Shown here piece by piece: positions 8,302 to 15,004 of a stretch of DNA of 64,000 nt. The stretch spans positions 9,470-73,469 of the forward strand of contig JALSRQ010000015.1 in the NCBI GenBank assembly GCA_026984675.1, in the 5' to 3' direction. The notes below the pieces were generated by a model. It worked only from the letters and a program-made list of their open reading frames with translations. It made no database searches and was not told where the DNA came from. The DNA is from Thermaceae bacterium (GTDB taxonomy: Bacteria > Deinococcota > Deinococci > Deinococcales > Marinithermaceae). How positions within the stretch are numbered: the first letter of the stretch is position 1; each line of letters starts with the position of its first letter. The translations under genes were made by a program, and so were the position numbers.

Positions 8302-8976
8302 ATGATTATGGAAGTCAAGGAGACCCAAACCGAAACCCTGCCCAGCCTGCCGAGGATCGGCGAACCCGCCCCCCAGTTCGAGGCCAAGACCACCAAGGGA
8401 ATCATCAAGCTCTCGGACTACAAGGGCAAGTGGGTGGTGCTCTTTTCCCACCCGGCCGACTTCACCCCGGTCTGCTCGACCGAGTTCATGGCCTTCGCCA
8501 AGCGGCAGAAGGAGTTCGCCGAGCGCAACGTCCAGCTGATCGGGCTCTCGATCGACTCGATCTACAGCCACCTGGCCTGGGTGAAGGACCTCGAGGAGAT
8601 GAGCGGGGTGACGATCGACTTCCCGGTGATCGCCGACCTCGACATGAAGGTGGCCAAGAAGTACGGCATGATCCACCCGGCCCAGGCCGAGACCGCGGCG
8701 GTGCGGGCGGTCTTCATCATCGACCCCGAGCAGATCATCCGGGGCATCCTCTACTACCCGCTCTCCACCGGCCGCAACATCGACGAGATCCTCCGTTTCG
8801 TCGACGCCCTGCAGTTCACCGACAAGACCGGGCTGGCCACCCCGGCCAACTGGCAGCCCGGCGAGCCCGCCATCGTGCCGCCGCCGGCCACCCTCGGCGA
8901 GGTCAAGGAGGACGCGGCGAGGAAGGACGAGTACGCCGAGTTCAAGCGCTGGTACCTGCGCTACAAGAAGGCGTAG
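8302..8976 (+). CDS. Peroxiredoxin, 1-Cys/Prx6-like
   Basis: FSHPADFTPVCSTEF peroxidatic Cys motif. SD GGAGG at 8293-8297. Start is ATG 8302 or 8308 (ambiguous). Confidence 0.9.
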   Translation: MIMEVKETQTETLPSLPRIGEPAPQFEAKTTKGIIKLSDYKGKWVVLFSHPADFTPVCSTEFMAFAKRQKEFAERNVQLIGLSIDSIYSHLAWVKDLEEMSGVTIDFPVIADLDMKVAKKYGMIHPAQAETAAVRAVFIIDPEQIIRGILYYPLSTGRNIDEILRFVDALQFTDKTGLATPANWQPGEPAIVPPPATLGEVKEDAARKDEYAEFKRWYLRYKKA

Positions 8977-9000
8977 GCGGGCCCGCTCGTCTGCGGCCTT

Positions 9001-9033
9001 TAGGGGGCGCTTCGCGCGCCCTCTAATCTTTTT
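9001..9033 (+). terminator. Hairpin plus T-run after the peroxiredoxin gene
   Basis: 10-bp stem (tagggggcgc / gcgccctcta, one G.U pair), loop ttcgc, then atcttttt. The 3' arm overlaps the stop codon of the convergent gene. Confidence 0.55.
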
Positions 9034-9532
9034 CCGGCAGGCCCAGGGGGAACCGGGCCAGCTCGATCAGGTCGCCGCCGTCCTCGTCCTCGACCAGGGC
9101 GACCTCCTTGACGGTGAACGACCCGATCGGCGGGGGCGGGAGCTTCCGGGCCAGGGCCTCGGCCTCCTCCGGCGAAAGGCCCAGGGCCAGGGTGAAGTGG
9201 GGGATGTACGAGGGCCCCTCGATCTCGGCCTCGGGCGGGGCGAGCGGCTCCAGCGCCTTGTGCAGGCGGTCGAAGGCCGAGCCCCCGTAGGCCCGCAGGT
9301 AGACCACTCCGGAGTTGAAGGTCCGCCAGTCGCCGAGCTTGACCCGAAAGGGCGCGTGCCCCCGGAGGATCCCCTCGACCCCCCGGCGGAGCGCCTCCTG
9401 GCTCCAACGCCACTTGAAGGGCTGGCGGAGGTTCAGGTGCGGCGGTCCGTAGCCCTGGACCCCGTGTTTTCTTCCCAGCTCCTCCATCCACTCCCGGAGG
9501 GCGTCGGGAGGCCAGGCCAGGATGCCGTACAC
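9023..9532 (-). CDS. 2H phosphoesterase superfamily protein (LigT / 2'-5' RNA ligase-like)
   Basis: Two H-x-T/S-type motifs (PPHLNLRQ and PHFTLALG). GTG start with extended -10 TGcTATACT 7 nt upstream. Confidence 0.65.
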   Translation of the reverse strand: MYGILAWPPDALREWMEELGRKHGVQGYGPPHLNLRQPFKWRWSQEALRRGVEGILRGHAPFRVKLGDWRTFNSGVVYLRAYGGSAFDRLHKALEPLAPPEAEIEGPSYIPHFTLALGLSPEEAEALARKLPPPPIGSFTVKEVALVEDEDGGDLIELARFPLGLPEKD

Positions 9533-9553
9533 GGGGCCGAGTATAGCACCGGG

Positions 9554-10021
9554 CTAGCGAACCCAGGCCTCGGGGTCCCAGGGGTAGACGATCCAGTCGC
9601 CGGTCTCGATCGCGTAGTAGTCGGGACCGTCGCCGGGGAAAGCGTTGTTTTCCGGTTTGAAGTGGAGCACCGCCACCTCGGGAATACCCCCGGCGGCCCG
9701 CACCCGCTCGCGCACCGCCACCGCGGTGCGGCCCGAGTCCCAGACGTCGTCGACGATCAGCACCCGGCGGTCGAGGACCAGGGCATCGACCGGGAACTGC
9801 AGGAAGTGGGGCTCCTCGTGCCGGCGCTCCTCCCCCTCGTAGAGCATCACCGCCGCCGAGAGCACGTTCCGAATCCCCAGCGCTTCGGCCAACAGCGCCG
9901 CCGGCACCATCCCCCCCCGGGTCACCGCCAGGAGGGCGTCGAACTCTTGGTCCTCCAGGCGCTTCAAAAGCATCCGGGCGTGCTCCAGGATGTCGTCCCA
10001 GGCGTAGAAGACCTTGTTCAT
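9554..10021 (-). CDS. gpt: Xanthine-guanine phosphoribosyltransferase
   Basis: 155 aa. PRPP motif VLIVDDVWDSGRT, N-terminal W-D-x-L..HAR and C-terminal W..YPWD, as in Gpt. ATGA overlap with lysC. Confidence 0.8.
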   Translation of the reverse strand: MNKVFYAWDDILEHARMLLKRLEDQEFDALLAVTRGGMVPAALLAEALGIRNVLSAAVMLYEGEERRHEEPHFLQFPVDALVLDRRVLIVDDVWDSGRTAVAVRERVRAAGGIPEVAVLHFKPENNAFPGDGPDYYAIETGDWIVYPWDPEAWVR

Positions 10022-11259
10022 GCGCCCTCCCCCTGGGGCAGGGGTTGATCGAGCTGGAAGGCCGAATGCACCGCCCGGAGGGCCTCCTCGGCGTAGGCCT
10101 CGTCAATGATCACGCTCACCCGCACCTCGCTGGTGGCGATCATGTGGATGTTGGCCCCCACCCGCGAGACCGCCTGGAACATCTGGGCGGGGATGCCCGG
10201 GGTGCTGGCGAGCTGCACCCCCACGATGGAGAGTTTCGCGATCTTAGGGTTCACGGTGAGCTCGCCGCCGAGTTCCTTTAGCACCGGCCGGAGCGCGTCC
10301 ACCGCGTCCTCCACGTAGTCCTTGGGCACGGTGAAGGCCATCTGGGTGCGGCTCTCGTCGTGGCCCGGCACCCCCTGGATGATCATGTCCACCGCCACCC
10401 CGGCCTCGGCCAGGGCCTCGAAGACCCGGGCGGCGATCCCCGGCTGGTCGGGAATCCCCACCAGGCCGATCTCGGCGTGCCCCAGGTCCAGGGCCGCTCC
10501 GGTCACCGGTCGCTGAAGCTTCATGCTGCCCTCCTCCGCCACGATGGTTCCGGGGTTATAGGAAAAACTCGAACGCACGTGCAAGCGCACCCCGAAGCGC
10601 TTGGCGTACCAGACCGCCCGGGGGTGGAGCACCCGGGCCCCCAGGGCGGCCATCTCCAGCATCTGGTCGTACCCGATAAAGGGGAGCTTCTGGGCCTCGG
10701 GAATGAGGTGGGGGTCGGTGGTGTAGACCCCCTCGGTGTCGGTGAAGATCTCGGCCTCCCGGGCCCCCAGCGCGGCCGCGATCGCCACCGCGGTGGTGTC
10801 CGAGCCGCCCCGACCCAGGGTGGTGATCTCCCCCTCCGGGGTGGTGCCCATGAAGCCGCCGATCACCGCCACCTTCCCCTCGTCCAGGGCCCGTTGGATG
10901 CCGGCGGGGTTGACCTCGACGATCCGGGCGTTGGTGTAGCGGCCGTCGGTGGTGATCCCGATCTGGTGCTGGATGAAGCTCTTGGCCGGGATCCCCATGG
11001 CCTGGAGCTTGAGCGCCAGCAGCGCCGCCGACTTCTGCTCACCGGTGGTGGTGAGCATGTCGAGTTCGCGGGGGTTCGGACGGGGGTTGACCCGCTTCGC
11101 CAGGCTGATGAGCTCGTCGGTGGTCTTCCCCATCGCGCTCACCACCACCGCCAGGCGGTGCCCCTTCTCCCGGTAGTGGGCGATCCGCTTGGCCACCTTC
11201 TCGATCTTGTCGAGGTCGCCGACGCTGGTGCCGCCGTATTTTTGAACGATCAACGCCAT
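10018..11259 (-). CDS. lysC: Aspartate kinase
   Basis: N-terminal IVQKYGGTSV and two C-terminal ACT-like regions; 413 aa. Confidence 0.95.
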   Translation of the reverse strand: MALIVQKYGGTSVGDLDKIEKVAKRIAHYREKGHRLAVVVSAMGKTTDELISLAKRVNPRPNPRELDMLTTTGEQKSAALLALKLQAMGIPAKSFIQHQIGITTDGRYTNARIVEVNPAGIQRALDEGKVAVIGGFMGTTPEGEITTLGRGGSDTTAVAIAAALGAREAEIFTDTEGVYTTDPHLIPEAQKLPFIGYDQMLEMAALGARVLHPRAVWYAKRFGVRLHVRSSFSYNPGTIVAEEGSMKLQRPVTGAALDLGHAEIGLVGIPDQPGIAARVFEALAEAGVAVDMIIQGVPGHDESRTQMAFTVPKDYVEDAVDALRPVLKELGGELTVNPKIAKLSIVGVQLASTPGIPAQMFQAVSRVGANIHMIATSEVRVSVIIDEAYAEEALRAVHSAFQLDQPLPQGEGA

Positions 11260-11297
11260 CGCTAGGGGAATGCTATCACTAAGTCCCCCGGGGTATA

Positions 11298-11822
11298 GTG
11301 GGGCGCGAGGTGAACCTCGACGCCCCCCGCATCCTGGTCCTAAACGCCGGCTACGAACCGCTCGGGCTGACCACCGTCCGCCGGGGCGTGGTGCTGGTGC
11401 TCTCGGGGCGGGCCGAGGTGGTGAGCCCCTCGGGGGAGGTGCTCCATACCCCCAGCCGGCCCTACCCGGTGCCCAGCGTGGTGCGGCTCTACCGGATGGT
11501 GCGCCGCCCCAACGGGCGGCTCGCCCTTTCCCGGAAGAACGTCTTTCGCCGCGACCATTACACCTGCCAGTACTGCGGGCGGAGCGGGGTCGAGCTCACC
11601 CTCGACCACGTGGTCCCTAAAAGCCGCGGGGGCCGGACGACCTGGGAGAACCTGGTCACCGCCTGCAAAGCCTGCAACGCGAAAAAGGGCAACCGCACCC
11701 CCGAGGAGGCCGGGATGCGCCTTTTGAAGGAACCGCGGGCGCCCGGCTACTACGAGGTGATCGTGCTGGGGCTCTCGGGCCGGGAGTTCCCCGAGGACTG
11801 GCGCGACTTCATCGCCGTCTAG
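11298..11822 (+). CDS. HNH endonuclease (McrA-like, stand-alone)
   Basis: CQYCG...LTLDHVVPKSRGG..TWENLVTACKACNAKKGNRTP, an HNH/Cys4 motif. Start uncertain (GTG 11298 or GTG 11310). Confidence 0.85.
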   Translation: MGREVNLDAPRILVLNAGYEPLGLTTVRRGVVLVLSGRAEVVSPSGEVLHTPSRPYPVPSVVRLYRMVRRPNGRLALSRKNVFRRDHYTCQYCGRSGVELTLDHVVPKSRGGRTTWENLVTACKACNAKKGNRTPEEAGMRLLKEPRAPGYYEVIVLGLSGREFPEDWRDFIAV

Positions 11823-12651
11823 GCCGGAGGACCACCAGCAGCACCGCCAGCAGCACCAGCCCGGCCCCGAGGTAGCCGGCCGGCCGGAAGGCCTCCCCCC
11901 ACCAGAGGTAGGCGAAGAGCGAGGCGAGCACCGGCTCCAGGGTGGCGACCACGCTGGCGCGGGTGGCCTCGAGGCGCACCAGTCCCGCGGCGTAGAGGGC
12001 GTAGGCCAGGTAGGTGGAGGCGAACCCGATCACGAAGAGCGGCCCCCAGGCCGCCGCCGGCGCCGGGTGGCCGCCGAAGGGAAGGAGCACCAGCGCCCCC
12101 ACCGGCAGGGCCAGGGCGTAGACCGCCTCGGCCGGGTAACGGGCGAAGTAGACCTTGCCAAAGAGGTAGTAAAGGGCGTAGCCGAACCCCGAGAGGAGCC
12201 CGAAGGCCACCCCCAGCAGGGTGAGCCGGAGCTCGCCGCCGGCGCCCCGGGCCAGGAGGAGGACCCCGAGCAGGGTGAGCCCCACCGCCAGGAGCTTCGG
12301 CCGGTCCAGCGGCTCCTCGAGCAAAAGCGCGCTCATCGCCGCCACCCAGGCGGGGGCGGTGTAGAGGAGCACCGAGGCCAGGGCGGCCCCGCCGTAGGCC
12401 ACCGCGAACTGGTAGCTGGCGTAAAACCCCGCCACCCCCACCGCCCCGAAGAGCCCCACCGGCAAAAGGGCCCTCCGGTCGAGGCGGAGCCGGCGGCGAA
12501 GGAGGGCGTGGAGGAGGAAGAACCCGCCCCCGATCAGGGCCCGGTAGAAGGCGACCCCGAAGGGGTCGAGGCCGGCGGTGAAGGCGTACTTGGCCACCGG
12601 CCCGATCAGGGCCCAAAGCGCCGCCGCCGCCAGGATGAAGAGGTAGCCCAC
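11809..12651 (-). CDS. EamA/DMT family transporter
   Basis: About 10 hydrophobic segments and duplicated EamA-like halves. Start set to GTG 12651 (VGYLFILAAAALWALIGPVAK). The upstream part of the track ORF is Arg/Gly/Pro-rich and not membrane-like. Confidence 0.75.
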   Translation of the reverse strand: MGYLFILAAAALWALIGPVAKYAFTAGLDPFGVAFYRALIGGGFFLLHALLRRRLRLDRRALLPVGLFGAVGVAGFYASYQFAVAYGGAALASVLLYTAPAWVAAMSALLLEEPLDRPKLLAVGLTLLGVLLLARGAGGELRLTLLGVAFGLLSGFGYALYYLFGKVYFARYPAEAVYALALPVGALVLLPFGGHPAPAAAWGPLFVIGFASTYLAYALYAAGLVRLEATRASVVATLEPVLASLFAYLWWGEAFRPAGYLGAGLVLLAVLLVVLRPRRR

Positions 12652-12879
12652 GGGGGCATTTTGCCAGAGAAACCGTTGTCGGGCGCCCCCTGAGCGGCCC
12701 GGGTTGGGAAAGACCCAAGCCGAAGCCAAGGGAATGCCCCCGGAGGCGAAGCCCACCGGCCGGCGATCAGCGGCCCCCGGCGGCGCCCTTGGCCAAGGCC
12801 AACCCCGCCGGAGCGCCCTCGGGGTCGGTCGAAAAAGGCCCGCCTGGAGGGGCTGAGGACCCTCGCCGCGGCCGCCCCG

Positions 12880-12907
12880 ACCCCCCATTTGGGACCCCCC
12901 ATTTGGG
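12880..12907. repeat. Perfect tandem duplication of 14-nt unit ACCCCCCATTTGGG
   Basis: 12880-12893 and 12894-12907 are identical. Located in the 374-nt intergenic region, 119-146 nt upstream of the pilin ATG. Confidence 0.9.
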
Positions 12908-13025
12908 GGTGTTCCCGGATCACGCCCGGCCCTAAACTCAGGTTGACCCGATAGGGGTCACGCACTCAACGGGGCCGGCCGGAGATCCATACCTGATCGG
13001 CGGCCCAAGAAGGAGGTAAGGGAAT

Positions 13026-13385
13026 ATGAGGAAGAACCGGACCCAAGGTTTCACGCTGATCGAGCTCCTGATCGTCATCGCGATCATCGCCATCCTGGCC
13101 GCGGTGCTGATCCCCAACGTGCTGAACGCCCGCAAGCGGGCCAACGACACCGCCGCCCAGGCCTACGCCCGGCAGGTGGCCACCTGGCTGGCCGCGGCCG
13201 ACACCGCTGGCACCTCGATCACCGGCATCACCAGCTGTACCGACAGCGCTCTGGTCTCGGAGGGTGCGCCCTCGTCCTATCCGAAGGCGGTGCAAAGCTG
13301 CTCGATCTCCTACGACGCCGCCACCGGCCGCTCGACGGTCACCGTCACCTCGGTTAACAGCCGGACCTTCACCGCAGTCTACTGA
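13026..13385 (+). CDS. Type IV pilin (prepilin-type N-terminal cleavage/methylation domain)
   Basis: MRKNRTQG/FTLIELLIVIAIIAILAAV class III signal, with G-F cleavage site and E5. Two Cys near the C-terminus. Strong SD aaggagg. Confidence 0.85.
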   Translation: MRKNRTQGFTLIELLIVIAIIAILAAVLIPNVLNARKRANDTAAQAYARQVATWLAAADTAGTSITGITSCTDSALVSEGAPSSYPKAVQSCSISYDAATGRSTVTVTSVNSRTFTAVY

Positions 13386-13406
13386 GGGCCCCTGGCCCAA
13401 AAACGT

Positions 13407-13428
13407 CCCGGGCCGGTCGCGGCCCGGG
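13407..13428 (+). terminator. Hairpin between pilin and downstream gene (cccgggcc-ggtcgc-ggcccggg)
   Basis: Perfect 8-bp stem 22 nt after the pilin stop, with no strong T-run. Possible attenuator or stabiliser. Confidence 0.4.
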
Positions 13429-13445
13429 ATACACTTTCCAAAGCC

Positions 13446-14993
13446 ATGAACCAACGCCCAAACCCCCCGCCCCCGGCCGGCACCCGCATGGGCCCCGGGC
13501 TCCTCTACCTCACCACCGCCCTCCTGCCCTTCCTCATCGGTATCGGGTTGCCCCGCGGCGTGCAGGGTACCCAAGCAGTCGCATTGGAGTCGGGGCTCAC
13601 CGCGACCATTTCCCAGATCGGCGTCCCCCCCGAGTACGCCTGGATCCTCCCGAGGATCCTTTGGCTCCTCGGAGTCGGCGTCCTGGGGCTGCTAGCTTGG
13701 CGGGATCTCGGTCTCGACCGCCGCAAGCCCTTCCTCTGGCTGTGGGGGCTTTACCTGCTTGCCGTCCTCGCCAGCGCCCTCCTGGCCGAAGACGATTGGA
13801 ACTACAAGCTATTAGGCGGGGTGGGCCGGATGGACGGGGTGCTCTACCAGGTGAGCCTCGGTCTCTGGGCGACACTCGCCTACCTGGTCTTCCTGCGGGT
13901 ACCGCAGGCCGGACCCCGCTTCCTCGGTATCCTAGCCGCGGTCGGCGGCATCGAGACCTTGGTGCTGGTGCTCCAGCGGCTGGGTTACGACTTCATCGGA
14001 AACTACTACATAAACGGAAGTTACCCGGTGACCGTGGGAACGGTCGGGCACCCAGGAATGGCCGCGGGGCTGTTGCTCGCCTCGTTCTTTTCCGCCGCTT
14101 GGTGGGCCTATCGCCGGCAAGCGCATACCTGGCTCTGGCTGGCCCTAACCCTTTGGATAAGCATCGGCATCGGAGTGACCACCAACAAATCCACCACCCT
14201 CGCCATCGCCCTTGTGCTTGCAGCGCTGATCGCCTTGTTGCGCAGGCGGGAACCGGTGGTTCTCCTGACCGTCTTCCTGCTTGGTAGCCTGGTGCTCACC
14301 CCCCTGATTCCGAACCGCCTCGGGTTCGCGCGCTCGCTGGCCAACCCCCACACCGGCATCACCCGGCTAATGATCTGGCGTCTAGCCGGCCAGGTGCTGG
14401 TCAAGACCCCGGGGCAACCGTTCATCGGCGCCGGCCCCGATGGTTTCCTCCTAGGTCTCATGTCCGATGTGCCAATTCGCGAACTGTTGAAGGAGTATCG
14501 ACTCGAATACGGTTGGCCCCCCGAGACCGAAGTCCTGAACGTTCGGCCCCTTTTCAACGCCAAGGATCCCCCGCGCTCGCGCGCGTTCCTGGTCGAGCTG
14601 AAAAACTACCCCGAGCCCGGCAAGCAGAAGAAGATCATCTACCGTTACTACCTGGATAAAGCCCACAACCTCTTTCTCGACCGAGCGGTGGACTACGGGG
14701 TGATCGCTGCCCTGCTGTGGCTGGCGCTCTTTTGGGGGCCGCTCGTGGCCTTTCTTCGCAGACAGTGGGCGGACCGATCGAGACTGGGAGATTGGCTGCT
14801 CTTCGGGGGGCTGGCCGCCCTCTTCCTCTACTACTTGGCGTGGTTCCCGGTGCCCCAGGTCGAACCCCTTCACGTCGCTTTCCTCGCGCTTGCCTGGGTC
14901 GTTGCCGAAAAACGCACTGGGGCCTCTCGCCACGATCGGCTCGCCGCCTCGTCGAAGGAGACGACCGGGAACCCCGGGTTCGGCCACCCGTAG
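13446..14993 (+). CDS. O-antigen ligase / Wzy_C family polytopic membrane protein
   Basis: More than 10 TM segments and a large loop. Contains the AHNLFLDRAVDYGVIAAL motif (H-N-x-x-L...G pattern of WaaL/PglL/TfpO-type enzymes). Sampled rows are 48-62% GC versus about 70% in flanks. Confidence 0.8.
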   Translation: MNQRPNPPPPAGTRMGPGLLYLTTALLPFLIGIGLPRGVQGTQAVALESGLTATISQIGVPPEYAWILPRILWLLGVGVLGLLAWRDLGLDRRKPFLWLWGLYLLAVLASALLAEDDWNYKLLGGVGRMDGVLYQVSLGLWATLAYLVFLRVPQAGPRFLGILAAVGGIETLVLVLQRLGYDFIGNYYINGSYPVTVGTVGHPGMAAGLLLASFFSAAWWAYRRQAHTWLWLALTLWISIGIGVTTNKSTTLAIALVLAALIALLRRREPVVLLTVFLLGSLVLTPLIPNRLGFARSLANPHTGITRLMIWRLAGQVLVKTPGQPFIGAGPDGFLLGLMSDVPIRELLKEYRLEYGWPPETEVLNVRPLFNAKDPPRSRAFLVELKNYPEPGKQKKIIYRYYLDKAHNLFLDRAVDYGVIAALLWLALFWGPLVAFLRRQWADRSRLGDWLLFGGLAALFLYYLAWFPVPQVEPLHVAFLALAWVVAEKRTGASRHDRLAASSKETTGNPGFGHP

Positions 14994-15004
14994 ACTTGGG
15001 TTTG

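Noticed and set aside
11260-11297. Lysine riboswitch (L-box) upstream of aspartate kinase
   Set aside because: Only 38 nt separate lysC from the divergent HNH gene, and the predicted -10 is 9 nt from the ATG. There is no room for a roughly 180-nt L-box.
12652-12888. N-terminal 79-codon extension of the EamA transporter ORF (track ORF 11809..12888)
   Set aside because: The extension is Gly/Arg/Pro-rich with no TM character. The hydrophobic protein begins at GTG 12651. The extension is most likely untranslated upstream DNA that happens to be stop-free.
12900-13025. c-di-GMP riboswitch or sigma-54 promoter upstream of the pilin gene
   Set aside because: I looked for the conserved GEMM core (ACGCAAAGC-type segment) and for TGGCAC-N5-TTGC(A/T). 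Neither is present on the plus strand.
14717-15004. 96-codon upstream extension of the recG ORF overlapping the O-antigen-ligase-like gene
   Set aside because: It overlaps the well-supported membrane protein in another frame. RecG-like sequence and normal length (769 aa) begin only after the upstream stop at 14993.
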